A DNA stretch of 62,538 bases, the filler included, from Gonapodya sp. JEL0774 (taxonomy: Eukaryota), in NCBI GenBank assembly GCA_027604505.1. It is 28 parts of 28 records of this genome, joined end to end, with 100 filler letters (N's around TTAATTAATTAA, not from the genome) between each part and the next. Parts side by side here need not be neighbours in the genome. Positions count along the whole stretch, not along the records: positions 11,250 to 13,396 come from JADIIX010002200.1; positions 13,497 to 15,643 come from JADIIX010002201.1; positions 15,744 to 17,889 come from JADIIX010002202.1; positions 17,990 to 20,133 come from JADIIX010002203.1; positions 20,234 to 22,374 come from JADIIX010002204.1; positions 22,475 to 24,615 come from JADIIX010002205.1; 22 more parts are not named here. One strand, written 5' to 3'. Under the pieces are notes generated by a model. It saw only the letters and a list, made by a program, of their open reading frames with translations, had not been told where the DNA came from and ran no database searches. A program made the translations under genes and the position numbers. Positions 12,353 through 24,715 of the stretch are shown here, piece by piece (position 1 is the first letter of the stretch; each line of letters opens with the position of its first letter).

Positions 12353-13396
12353 CTACAACGCCGCCTCAGCACTGCTCTCGCCCCCATACTCGGTCTTGAA
12401 GAATTCAATGGCGATATCTGTAAAGCAAGTATGTCAATGCGCTGTGGACTATGCTTCATCACAACCTCATCTCGACCCACCAACAGCCTCTTGCGCCTGC
12501 GCTCTGTTCAACGGGTCTTCAAAATTACCGCTGGTAGAGACCCATCCGTGGGACATGTCGGTGAAACGCTTGTGTATGACACGAGAGCCAAACGGCTTTG
12601 CCTTGAGTATGTCAACGAACGTGGTCTGTCGGCGGAAGGTACAGGCAATATATCAATGAATACTACACCTCCAAGAAAATCACACTGCTCTGCACAGCCA
12701 CTTACGCTCACAGCATCTGCCTCATCCTTTGAGGGTAGGAGGCAGACTGGTCCTTTGATACGTTCAGCTTCCTCCAACTGAAGGAACGATGGGTGGAACA
12801 TAGCTCCGGCAGAAACGTCAGGGTAGAGCTCATCCAAGACCTTCGCAGCGAGCTTTCCTCCATAGCTTGCAGAATAAGAGGGAATATCAAGTGTTCAATA
12901 TACAATGATTAGTCAGTGGATCATCCGCGCCACTCACCAGAATCCGAATATGCCAATATTCGTAGCGCCATATTCTCTCTTGATGAACTTGACGAGCTTT
13001 TGTAAATCGTTCTTGACAGTATGCCAGTTCCCGTGTTGGTAAACAAACTGCCCGATCTTTCCCGCCTGGAAGAGGTCCGAGGTGAACTCAGCACCGTGGA
13101 AGATGTCCGGAATAATCACTGGTTGGGAGTGTCATCGGATCAGGTTGAACCAGAACTGATCAAGTTCTATCTAAGGGAGGCTAGCAATGTACTCACCTGG
13201 GAAACCCGTTCCTTCCGTCATGATGTCTGCAACCTGCGGGAGGTTGTTGTTCTCCTTGGAAAATCCCCTTGAAGTACGGAATGAAGTTAGTTGGTCAAAT
13301 ATTGCATCGTGGAATGGAATGTTTGTTGTTGTAACTAAGACTCACCAGATATCATAGATGTCGATCAGCACCGTCTTGCTCTTCTTGCCGGCTGCA
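12353..13396 (-). CDS. Dienelactone hydrolase family protein (5' truncated, spliced)
   Basis: DIYDIW, VIIPDIFHG, nucleophile elbow GIFGF|CYGG, FHPSFL, PSKDE, MSHGW: Cys-Asp-His triad. Confidence 0.9.
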
Positions 13397-13903
13397 NNNN
13401 NNNNNNNNNNNNNNNNNNNNNNNNNNNNNNNNNNNNNNNNTTAATTAATTAANNNNNNNNNNNNNNNNNNNNNNNNNNNNNNNNNNNNNNNNNNNNCCCA
13501 AGTATCTCAGGCAGCACGCAGAGGGATTTTTGAAGCTGTGTATCGCACACAGACTGTGGCCTGCCGCGTTGAAAGGGTGGGATGGAAAGGGGTCGGCAAA
13601 GGTGCGGTGGGGACGGGCTATGCCATAGTGACTCAAACGGTCTGTAATCGGGATCGTCGCTGATTTTCTCACTGCACTCGAATTTGAGAGCAAGTCACGC
13701 ATTTTTTTTGGGGGGGGCGGAGGGAATATGCACCTTGATTACCGAATTTTAACCGTGAGAAGTGAGCCTTACTTCCATCATAGTATTCCAGCTTTACAAT
13801 CGCATTGAAATGAAAATAAATCTTTCACATAAAAATTAACGTCCGACGTTCGTTTGCGTGATATTTGCTCGTTCACTCTCAACCCCAACCTGCGCCACTC
13901 CTC

Positions 13904-14530
13904 TCAACTCCCTCCCACCCCCCTCCTCCTCCCCCCCGCCACCACTCCCGCCAACACACCCACCCCCTCCCTCACCTCCCTCACATCCTCCGCCCCCTCC
14001 GCCTCCTTCACCCCCCACACCCCCTTCCCCCCGGCCGTGCGCACCCTTCGTCTACCCCCCGCGCGCGTCTGCAACCACGTTGTGGCGTACAGGTTGAGCG
14101 AACTGTGGAGCGATGTGGGTCCGCCCGGAACAGAGACGAGTTTTGGTGCGACAGGGGGGTGGTGGAAGAAGTGGGACGTCGGTGTGGGCGGGGGGAGGCG
14201 TGTTGCGGCCGTGTCCTCCTCATGGGGCACGTCCTCTGCCTTGCGCTCTCCCTTCCCGCCCACCGCCACCTTCACCGGCAACCCCACTCCAAATCCGTGC
14301 TCGAAGGGCCACCCCTGCCTTCCCAGCGTGGTGTGGCCCTGTCCCTGTCCCAACGCCGCCGACGAGACCGAGCCAGTGCCCACGGCGGCTGTCCCGGTGG
14401 CGGTAGAACTCGTCGTGGTGGAGTTCGCGGTGGTAGGAGTGCCGTCGGGGGCGCGGGTGGGGCGGAGGGGAACGCGGGGGGAGATATCTGGTGTATTGGG
14501 GGAGGCAAGGGCATCGTTTGTGCGGAGGTG
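13904..14530 (-). CDS. Hypothetical low-complexity protein, probable terminal exon
   Basis: GC-rich open frame with T/S/G-rich segment; no family recognised and strand uncertain. Confidence 0.25.
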   Translation of the reverse strand, partial: HLRTNDALASPNTPDISPRVPLRPTRAPDGTPTTANSTTTSSTATGTAAVGTGSVSSAALGQGQGHTTLGRQGWPFEHGFGVGLPVKVAVGGKGERKAEDVPHEEDTAATRLPPPTPTSHFFHHPPVAPKLVSVPGGPTSLHSSLNLYATTWLQTRAGGRRRVRTAGGKGVWGVKEAEGAEDVREVREGVGVLAGVVAGGRRRGVGGS

Positions 14531-15743
14531 TTGAGTGGTGCGACCGGGGTGTGAAAGTCAGCGGGGAACGGGGATCACGGCGTATGGGTGGGGCAAAGAC
14601 CCGTCACGTCAGCGGTGACCCTCTCAAATCATGGCACGTGGCAGCCGAGAAGCACATGCTCCGAGGCCGCACCTAAACCGCCACTCTGCTCGCCCGTCCT
14701 CTACTCCGCAACGCTGTCGTCAGTCCTCCATGCCTGCGCGCGGCACCATTCCTCCTTCTCGACGAGGAAACCCATTTGCCTGACCACATTAGTAACCACA
14801 GACCACTCGTCTTCGTGCCCGTTCTCGTCCCACCCCTGTTCGTGATGTTCCTGTTGGTCGCCAATATCCGGTCCGGCGCTCTGGCCCGAGGCCCAGTCCC
14901 TGCCCTCCCGCCCCTGACTGTGCACCATGTGAACATCTCACCACACTCAAACCCGTGTGTTCCACTGCGCGAGCTCTATCCACTGCGCGCGCTCTATCCA
15001 CTGCCCCGACCCGTCCCAGTCCCCCCACCGCGTCAACGTCGCCGCACAGACTCAGTCCCAGACCCCGCCCAATGGATCCTACGACCTAAATCCACACGTC
15101 CCGTGATAGGCCACTGTACCAAAACAAGAAGCTGACCAGCTGACTGCGCGCAGGCCCGAAAAGCGAGTGGTCCCTCGTGTGGTGTGGGGTTGGGTGGGGG
15201 GCAAACCCCACCTAACCCACTTTTAATTTGGAATTCGAATGCACGTACCCACGTGCTCGCGGACTCGCGGGAAGGCGGCACGCCGTACCGGTCTGGAGTG
15301 ATGTCAGCTCCCCGTCGCCCGTCGCTGACCACCGAAAACCTGCCTCGCCCCACTCGTGCACCCCCATCACACCCAGTAAGTCCTCGTTCCGCAAACCCCC
15401 CCCTCCCTGCCCCCTCTCCTCCCTCTCCTCCCGCCGCAAAACCCACCTTCGATCTGCTCGAACCTGTTCCCCCCCTCGATGTCCACCAGCATCTTCTTCC
15501 TCCTCTCTATCCTATACAACAGCGTCGCCCGTGCGGTGGCTTTGGCGGTCTATCATGTGGTTCGCGTGCGAGCGTGTCAGCATCTGTCTGCACGAACCCC
15601 GCCGCCCCCCGCCGGGCGGGCGGGCGCGGGCGGGGCGGGGGGGNNNNNNNNNNNNNNNNNNNNNNNNNNNNNNNNNNNNNNNNNNNNTTAATTAATTAAN
15701 NNNNNNNNNNNNNNNNNNNNNNNNNNNNNNNNNNNNNNNNNNN

Positions 15744-16019
15744 CGACACCAGTTCCGCCGTCTCTATCGCATAGTACCAGGTCTGGACTACCTCAAGTGT
15801 TTCGCTTCTGATCGATCGCACATGAGACGTGAAGATGGATCTTGGCAGGCAGAGCCTCCCACCTACGAGGCCATCCGAACAGAAAGGGAAACGATGAACC
15901 TGGACAGATTTCGGATGATGAACGCGCCTGCAAAGGAAGGAGAACTACCAGGGGATAATATCTATGGAGTAGTCTTGGACGAGGATGGACTGGTGCGGTT
16001 CTTCATTGGGGTGAACTAG
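15744..16019 (+). CDS. NTAQ1: Protein N-terminal glutamine amidohydrolase, C-terminal part
   Basis: RRLYRIVPGLDYLKCFASDRSHMRREDGSWQAEPPTYEAI...MNLDRFRMM...YGVV matches the FASDRSHM...PPxY...NLxxF signature of WDYHV1/NTAQ1. Confidence 0.9.
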   Translation, partial: RHQFRRLYRIVPGLDYLKCFASDRSHMRREDGSWQAEPPTYEAIRTERETMNLDRFRMMNAPAKEGELPGDNIYGVVLDEDGLVRFFIGVN

Positions 16020-16762
16020 AGCTGGCGCTGCATCCAGCATAGTGAATTCTGTGATATTGTCGAGACCCGGAGTTTCGGTTCTGGTGGATATCCAGCACTC
16101 AACAAGAGCTAGTACCGTAGCACGTGCTCGGATGAATTTGTCATACCAGAAGGGTATAGTCTTTGAGCTCCAAACCGGAAGTACAGTGGCGGTTCGAGAA
16201 GATCTTGTTGCGATTTGGCATTGCCGGTCCCCAAAAACATCATCCCATATGAGTGACAAAGCGGCAACGCAAGATGCCCCTCACAAAACATGTTGTATTT
16301 CTTGAAGGTTTATTTGCAATCTGTTCTCCCGCTTCACAATTGCTTTCATCTCGTTCGATTGATCACCACTGGGAAGGACAAATAACTTACAACTCTGCCA
16401 CCGTTGACGACCGCGATTCTCTAGGTATACGCATGTATTCGTGCTGTTGGTTCGCTGAGTATATATTGTGGATGCATTGATCCCTGCCACAGTGAATCGC
16501 GCATGGTTACAGCCGTCGCCGGAACGCAAATCAGTCATGGGGTTCAAATCCTGGGGTGAGATCAATTTTGATGTGTATGTTCCACGAAGTTTCTCCGCTT
16601 GCGAGGTCTAAAAATTTATTTCCGAGCGCGAGGAACCTCCTAGACTTTCTTGAATCTGCAATCCAGTATGTGGAAGTTTAGGAGAATGACTCCTTTGAAG
16701 CAAACCAGTGACAAGTTTAAATTTCAGGTCAGATCGTCTCCATTAAAGCAATTTTGTCGTCC

Positions 16763-17608
16763 ATGCCTTTGAATATCACAGACATTCCACTCGAATGCTG
16801 GCTCCACATGTCACGGTATCTGAAGGCCTCTGCTCTCCTTTCACTTCGATTGGCTTCTCGATCCGCCAGAGGCATCACAGACTCTTCGGTTCAGGATCTC
16901 GTTCTCTATGCCGCCCAAACACACATGAATACCAGTTATTGCAAGCTGGTTCCGCTATTACTTTCCCGTGATGGACCCCTTTTCATGGAGAGTTGTTGGT
17001 CATTCGCTGTACGCTGTCGATCTGTCAGCGTGGACTTACTGGGCTATGCGGACTTGCTTTTCAAACCACGTAAAGGTGGTCCGAGGCTTTCCTTGTCAGA
17101 AACTGCACTATTCATGGTGGAATGCGGTATTGCGGGCCCAGAGCTTCATGACTTGTGGGGAACCATTGGCTACGGCGAGAATTCGAGCGTGCGAGCTTCC
17201 TCGTTGTTCCAGGAGTTAAACCGCCTGATGGAAAGTGGCGCAGGTCGAAGAATCCAACCGTACCCCTTGTTGAAGTCGTCAAAGACATTAGCACTCGAGC
17301 GCTACGGGGAAGACTCGATCCCTTTGATGATCTCGTCCGTGGACGCGTGGATGACTTTTGAAGAAGACTTTGTGAGAAAGAACGATGCAGTTGCTCTTGC
17401 CTTTACCGTGCACGTAGTAGTTGGGGGACAAATACGGGAGAGACTACAACTATGTGGAATCGAAGTTGTTGAATCGCTGGTTGACGAATGGGACTTGACT
17501 GGAACACGTCGTCTGGACTCCTGGGTGCGGCAATGGATAATCAAACACAATCTATTGTGTTTGTCGTGCTTCCATGCTGAGCAATCTCCATATTCGGATG
17601 GCGAATAA
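16763..17608 (+). CDS. F-box-like protein (intronless)
   Basis: N-terminal ITDIPLECWLHMSRYLKASALLSLRLASR F-box pattern; about 281-aa ORF. Confidence 0.7.
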   Translation: MPLNITDIPLECWLHMSRYLKASALLSLRLASRSARGITDSSVQDLVLYAAQTHMNTSYCKLVPLLLSRDGPLFMESCWSFAVRCRSVSVDLLGYADLLFKPRKGGPRLSLSETALFMVECGIAGPELHDLWGTIGYGENSSVRASSLFQELNRLMESGAGRRIQPYPLLKSSKTLALERYGEDSIPLMISSVDAWMTFEEDFVRKNDAVALAFTVHVVVGGQIRERLQLCGIEVVESLVDEWDLTGTRRLDSWVRQWIIKHNLLCLSCFHAEQSPYSDGE

Positions 17609-18927
17609 TGAAGTTGCAGATGGGCAGAATCCACAGATGTAAATATCTACAAACCAGTTCCGATAATTCCATCTCATTCTCCACGCCAACTTCCCTACAC
17701 TCCACCCACAATCTGAACCGGCGGTCCGCCCAGACTAATAGCACTGTCCCTGATCCCTACCGCAGAGGCCTTATTCGGCCGGATTTTTCCACGGACCGCA
17801 CCGTATCTAGATGTTCCAGGCAATAGAGAGGACGAAGGCAGCGGTGCCGCTGGTGGGGTTGGCTGGAGCGAACGCGAAGAAGGCGGCGGNNNNNNNNNNN
17901 NNNNNNNNNNNNNNNNNNNNNNNNNNNNNNNNNTTAATTAATTAANNNNNNNNNNNNNNNNNNNNNNNNNNNNNNNNNNNNNNNNNNNNGCGATAATGGA
18001 GCTCGATGAGAGAATGAAGTACACATTGTGAGTCGCCCGCATATGTCTCTAGCTAACTACCCATTCGCAGACTGCTGATCACTCTCTCTCACTGGGTTGG
18101 GAAATGATTCAGCCTGCAATTCGACCCAGCACCTCGCCGCGGAGAGCCTCAAGTTACCAGAAAGACACCGGATTACTTCTTGTAAAGCGCTGATCGTACA
18201 AAAGGGGTTATGATGTTTGCTTTTGTTGGTATTAGTTTGCAAGACTTTGAAGGGACTGCATTGAGGGTGCCAGATGAAGTCTGGAATGCAGTTCGGATGC
18301 GCCGGCCTCGCGATGGACTATACCAGTGACCCGAAGAATGCGCGCTGGATTGTATGTGGCATCTTGGGGTTTTTACATAATGGTACTACCTCAAAAACGA
18401 TATAAGGTCGTCCCGTAAATACCTGCATCTGAAGATCGGGTTCATTTGCTAGCATGGTGCGAAAGATGTGAGAAATATGCGACTGGGATCATGTTCCGGC
18501 CCCTTGCGGGATCAGACGTTGGGGTGGAGGAATGCGTCCTGGATGCGGCAGAGCCGTAGTGGGGATTCCGCCGCCTTCTGATGGTCGGTGTGTATTGTAT
18601 ATAATAGCGCGGTTTCCTTTCGTTCTAACACAACATTCCGTCCTTCGCAAGGTTGGCGGAATCGAGTCATTAAAATCACATTGTCTGAACCGTAAATGGG
18701 CGCGCTCTCATAAGTAAGTAGCTACCGAGGTGTATTTCGATTGTGCGTTCATTCCATTTGTCTGTTGGGAAACAATAATTTACACTTTGAACGTGCCTCC
18801 GTCGGCATCAGTCGTGACTCTCCCCACACCGCCCCAACCGACCAAAGACACGAGTAACTCGATCGACAAACTCCAGTCTTGCCTACAGGAGTGAAAACCC
18901 ACCAACATCCGCTTTATATTCGAAGAA

Positions 18928-20133
18928 ATGCGCTTCTCTTTGTCGGTCTTCCTTGTTGTCGTTGGGGCTTTGGTGAATGTCGTTGCTGTGGTTTCAACCA
19001 TGCCCACTGGACCATCAAAGCTGGAGCGAAGGCAAACACGCTGCGGCAACGGTTTCGGAGGACAGTGTGGCACTCTTTGTTGCAGCCAGTATGGATACTG
19101 TGGGAGTACCAGTGATTAGTGAGTCAAAACTGTGACATCGGTCAATGTTTGTTTGTGCCGTGAATGATTTGAACCAGAGATCTCATAATGGAGTCATAGA
19201 TGAGGTCTACGCTTGATACGCAGCAAAACGTTAAGTTACTGATCGCATGCTAAAATTTCATGACCCCTTAGTTGTGCAGCTGGTTGCCAGCCCGGCTATG
19301 GAAGATGCAATTCTTCTCCACCGCCTCCCGCGCCACCGCCACCCCCATCAAGCCCTCCGCCTCCGTCATCACCGCCTCCCTCATCGCCCCCGAGTGGGCC
19401 TATCTCCACCGACGGCCGATGTGGAAGTGGTTTCGGAAACACTGTGTGCCCCAGTCCGAACTGTTGCTCGCAGTATGCATGGTGCGGAACAACAACAGCT
19501 CAGTAAGTGAACGAATAAACCAAATCTTGAGTCAAATTTGACTGTAGCACTTTGCAAATATCATACATTGATAGCTGTGGAAGCGGTTGTCAGGTGAGTA
19601 CTCATGTGCTTGCTTGCAACACTCACTTCGATCTGATTCTCCTAAAAAATTTCTGGTCCCAGTCTGCCTTCGGAACTTGTACCGGGGTCACACCGCCCCC
19701 ACCACCACCACCACCAGGCTCCCCTCCCCCTCCCCCCGGCAACCCGCCCCCGCCACCCCCACCAAGCTCCTCTGGAGGCAGTGCTCCGGGCGTGGTTATA
19801 TTTTCTTGCAAGCAACCGGGCCAGTATGGTGAGCATGTGCCATGTGGACGCACCCTTGTGCAGAATTCGGTCATCGGCGACTGATCCATAATCCTTGACC
19901 TAATTCGTGGTAGCCCTCACTTTCGATGATGGTCCAAGCTAGTAAGACCGGTTGCTCTGCCTCTTCAATTCGATCTTTCTGCTCACCGTCCCTTTGTGTT
20001 TGACTTAACTTCAAAGTGCAACGCAAGGGGTGAAGGACATACTCATCCGCCGAGGCGTCCCCGGAACGTTTTTCGTCAACGGACAAAACTACGGGAATAT
20101 CCGAGACTTTTCAAGCTTGCTTGTAGACTCGGT
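18928..20133 (+). CDS. Secreted CE4 polysaccharide/chitin deacetylase with two CBM18 domains (3' truncated)
   Basis: Signal peptide; two hevein-type domains (CCSQYGYCGSTSD, CCSQYAWCGTT); Pro-rich linkers; ALTFDDGP and GTFFVNGQN NodB motifs. Confidence 0.93.
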
Positions 20134-20233
20134 NNNNNNNNNNNNNNNNNNNNNNNNNNNNNNNNNNNNNNNNNNNNTTAATTAATTAANNNNNNNNNNN
20201 NNNNNNNNNNNNNNNNNNNNNNNNNNNNNNNNN

Positions 20234-22078
20234 GGATTGTAAGAGGCGGCGGGGTCTGTGTTACAGCGAAGGTCGGCATTGGTTTTAGGATCCCATCGTT
20301 GTGAAGATGCTCGACTCACCCTGCAATTCGTCTGCAGGCAACGTGATGTTAGCCAACCTCTTCTCAAACTCCACAATTCTCTTCGCCGCGTCTGCCCACG
20401 TAATGCCACCTGCAGCAGGTTGCCCGAGCACGAGAGTGAGTGATTCGGCGATAACGGTTTCGAGTAGTCCCAGAGCTTCGGCGTCTTGGTAGTACTCGGG
20501 AGACGGGAGACTGAGCGGTCATCGGTCAGTGTCAGGTCGATGACGGGAACGTGGTCTTCAATGCTCACGTTAGTCCATCCTGAGAGAGGTAGATGGTGTT
20601 CGTTTTGGGATCAACGAAGTCCGCGTCAACTCCTAAGAAATCCAAAAGCGCATAATTTAAATTGTGTTCCAAACCACATTTACAGCAACCGCGCCATGCC
20701 CCTCCATCTTCCTCGCACTTACCCATCCCAAAGACAACACCAACACCCAACCCGTGCACGTACCCGGTCGCGTCGCCAAAGTCGGAAAACTTTTTCACCA
20801 CCGAGTCCACGAGATTCACGAGAGGCTGTGCACCGGCGGCGTTGATGGCCGTTTCATTGAGGCTGAACGAGATCGTTCCGGTGAGATCAAACACCAATAC
20901 AGCACTGTCAACCCCCGAACGCCACGACCACCACCGTCCATACCATGTTCTATACAATGCCGTCACAAGTTCAAAATTGGCTTTGTCCTGTGCTTCTTGG
21001 CCCGGAGGAACGGACGCCGATACCGTGTAAGGGGACTCGAGGATGGTGCGGAGGATACGCTTGTTGTTATCCGAGAGGACGTCAAACTGGTAGGAACGAA
21101 AGAAGTCCAGGGGTCAGACTGTAAAGCGAGCCACGGTGGATAAGTTAAGAGATGACTCTCGCACTCACGGAGGAGATGCGGGACTTGGCGTCTGGGATGG
21201 GGTTTTTCTAAGTCGGGTTTCATGGGTACAATAACAGTTATCGCTTCATCAAACGTCCTCAGAAAAGATACACATCGCTTTTCTCCTTACCGCGACCCAC
21301 CCCCCACACGCAAACTCGTAAAAGTCCTCGCATGGGCTGACCTTGGTGTTGAGCGAAGTGAGGATGGACGCGGCGCCGACTACGCATTCCGAAGTGAGCT
21401 GGAGGTCCAGTTCAGAACAATGTTCAGAGTATAAGGAGTAGTTAGCGGTGAGCGTCTAGTGGCGAATCAAGATGAAGGTATAATGCAGCCAAGTTCAAAC
21501 TCACACAAACATCGTCCTGAGGGGGGTGATGACCTCCTCCCGGCGGCGGTGGGCCAGAAAACGCGTAGAGGCCTCCAAATACGAGGACGAGGACGAGGAG
21601 CTGGCACGGTGGTGACGATGTGTGATCACCCGTTATGGAATATGACAGCTCGGCCGAGGTCATCCAGAACACCCACCACAACCGACGATGCTCCGAGCAT
21701 CTTCTCCTACTCCACCGTAATTTCGTACGATGCGTATGCGTGGTAGATGGTTTTTTCCATAGAAGCGCAAGGGTTTGGCGTTCGTTAGGTCAGGTCACAC
21801 TCATGAACCGAGCAGTTCACGCGAGGGGCCCACGTACCGTCCTCGTGAACCGCCCCGACAGCTGGTTCCATGTGTGGCTCAGCGGTCCAGTTTCTTCATC
21901 TTCGCGATGGGAGTCGAGGACTGGTCGTGTGGAAGAGCGCGCGGTGAGCAGGGTCGCGGTGCATGGCCGTGAGGAGGAATCCAGACAGGTCAGTGCGGGC
22001 AAGAGTCAGTCAGTGCGGGTAAGAGTCAGTCGTGCGGAATGGAAACGTACGCGGCTGTGTGTCGTCCTGAGACGGCAT
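20234..22078 (-). CDS. M13 family metalloendopeptidase (neprilysin/ECE-like), 5' part
   Basis: N-terminal TM, then [63 protein letters not shown]. Confidence 0.92.
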
Positions 22079-22517
22079 TTTGGGAAGTCCGGGCGCTGGG
22101 TCTGCTGGACCTGCGGCAGGGTAAGTTGAATGCCAGGGTGTGAGGACCTCCCTTGATTTACCAACCAAAAGCTCGATCTCGAAGGAAAAAACGAAGGAAA
22201 AGGAACAGACATACGAAAGATTGGAATTTTCTTTCAGGATTCTTCTCCTCAAGTCATAGTACATACAAATGGCCATCACAGCATCACGAACACCGATCCT
22301 CACTCAGCCCCAACTTCCTTACCCATCGAATTCAAAAGTGTCCGATATATCCTCGCCAGCGGCACGTTCCTACTNNNNNNNNNNNNNNNNNNNNNNNNNN
22401 NNNNNNNNNNNNNNNNNNTTAATTAATTAANNNNNNNNNNNNNNNNNNNNNNNNNNNNNNNNNNNNNNNNNNNNCCAGATAGATTTTCGTATAGGGTGCC
22501 TATGTGGTATTCGTAGT

Positions 22518-23048
22518 TCAGATTGATGGATGGGGGGGACGCGGTTGGAATATGTAGTACTGCGCCAGGAAGTTCCGAAGAACCATGGCATGGGATTCAT
22601 GAAACCACCACCCGCACGCAGCACGAACCTCATCGAAGAACACTGTAGCGTATTCGCCCCGCCTTTTCATGCGCTCGAACACCGCCCGTTCAGCCAGTGC
22701 CTTCCAGTCACGAGAAACACGCCTGAACTTGTACAGAGTCGACACGTGCGGCACACGCGCAAGCACGGCGATGATGAGCTCAGACGGAAGGCTGCCTGGT
22801 AAGTTTATTTCTCTGGGGGAGTTGGAACAGGCAGCTTCGACTCTGGACGCTGGGTTGGAATGGACATCCTGAAGCATCTCCGAAGGTGGCAGCTTCGAGA
22901 AAATGCAATCGTAGATCGAGTCTTCATCACGAGATGTCGGAAGAGCTTTCATAGCGGCGCGGGCTGTTCCTTCAACAGTGTCGCCGGATTTAAAGCATGG
23001 GGCAGTGTTTTCGGCTGAAAGGACTGGGTGGCTTATGGCGATGATCAC
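22518..23048 (-). CDS. F-box-like protein
   Basis: SLPSELIIAVLARVPHVSTLYKFRRVSRDWKALA F-box pattern; start and end uncertain. Confidence 0.7.
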   Translation of the reverse strand: MIIAISHPVLSAENTAPCFKSGDTVEGTARAAMKALPTSRDEDSIYDCIFSKLPPSEMLQDVHSNPASRVEAACSNSPREINLPGSLPSELIIAVLARVPHVSTLYKFRRVSRDWKALAERAVFERMKRRGEYATVFFDEVRAACGWWFHESHAMVLRNFLAQYYIFQPRPPHPSI

Positions 23049-23718
23049 GGATCACGTGGTGGGATGGCTGAACTTAGCATTCTCCCGACACCGTGATATT
23101 ATCAAGGTTTGGAACAGAAATATGAGGTGCGGTTGACGACCGTCTCGATTTGCGACCTCGAAATGGATGCGGGAAGGAGAGTCACGACATTCGCTCTCGT
23201 CCCCCGTCTGAAAGTAAATATGGACGATCAGAAGCATTGCCTATCCACACACAAGTTTGCCCTCTGGGTGGAGAGGGAGCAAAGACATGAGAGCAGAGAG
23301 CCTGGCTGCGTGGGCACTTAGTACGCCTGTGTAACCAGCTTGTTTACGAACCATCTTGCAAAGCTCACAGAGTGCAAATGGGCTAGATTCTGGCAGCGTT
23401 CCAGCTCTCATTGCGTCCCATTTCATTTTAGTAAACGCACCTCAAGTCTCATCACAGACCCCATTGAGTACGGACACTGCCGATAATAGGCAGAGACTAC
23501 ACCTCCTGTAACGCAAACCAAGTCCTCTCGCTCAGCACAGTGCTGCCATGGACAATCAGTCACAAGCCAAATCCAGATGTTGTTTCGGGTAAACTGTTTA
23601 CGCGGTTGCATGGTCACTCGAATTCTCGCACAGATGCGGTCGAACACAGACTCCCGAATGACAGACAAGGACGGCTTCAGTTAACGTCAAGCCATGTCCC
23701 TGTAACGCTTACGAGAGC

Positions 23719-24615
23719 ATGAGTGCTTTGGAGCTACCGTATCCTTCAATGGCGTCAGGCGAGGATATATCTGATACAGACGGGGGCCCACCGCAATCGA
23801 CAGACCCGGCCGGCAGAGTCCCACTTTCCTCCAAGAGGTTTGCCTCTGCGCCTGTTGTGATTGGCCACTCCTCATTGAACGATGACAACGGACGAGTCGA
23901 GGCCGAAACTGCGGGTAGCATGGGGCCGATCCGGATCACATCGATGAGCAGCCGTGCTTCAACAGACTGGAAACAACTTGGAAAGCGCGCAGCGCTTATT
24001 GGCAAGTGCATCGATGTGAACTACAATAGTTGACTCATCTCCATCTGACATCATCCTCGATCCTCGAAACGTCCCCCTACCTCTTTATCACCACCAAATC
24101 CAACAAGGCCGAGGCTTACACCACGATTTCGCTAACTCAAATCAGTACATGATTCTCCTTCAAGATCAATGGCTCGAATGTGCCGACCCAAAACATCGTT
24201 ATGGTTCGTAGACTTACTATTCGCTGCCGAAGAGGGATCTCGATGAAAATAATGTCATTTCTCGCCACAGGTCCGAATCTCCGCCACTATCACCAACACT
24301 GGCTCACGCTGCCACCGACTTCCACTCGAGCCAACCGTGACTTTTGGTTCTGGCTTGACGAAGGGGAGGGCAAGACCGTTTCCCTCGCCGAGTGTCCCCG
24401 CGCTCAGTTAGAAACCAAGACTGTGAAGTACTTGCAGGAAGATGACCGTGCAGAGTTTGAAGTATGTATTCCACTATGCTTATTGCTCTCCTCGTCCGCT
24501 GTCATACTAACAAGGGTACCAACCGATTGGAGGTTCTAGTCGATCAAGACGGTCTATTCCGATGGCGGACCACGCGAGACTTGGTGGACACGACCGCCTC
24601 TGCTCTTCAAACTAA
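23719..24615 (+). CDS. IQM-type (IQ calmodulin-binding family) protein, 5' part
   Basis: QWLECADPKHRYG|PNLRHYHQHW...DFWFWLDEGEGKTVSLAECPRAQLETKTVKYL matches the conserved core of plant IQM and fungal homologues. Confidence 0.85.
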
Positions 24616-24715
24616 NNNNNNNNNNNNNNNNNNNNNNNNNNNNNNNNNNNNNNNNNNNNTTAATTAATTAANNNNNNNNNNNNNNNNNNNNNNNNNNNNN
24701 NNNNNNNNNNNNNNN

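Noticed and set aside
14962..15004. 18-bp direct repeat (CCACTGCGCGxGCTCTAT, about 2.3 copies)
   Set aside because: Simple local duplication with no further structure.
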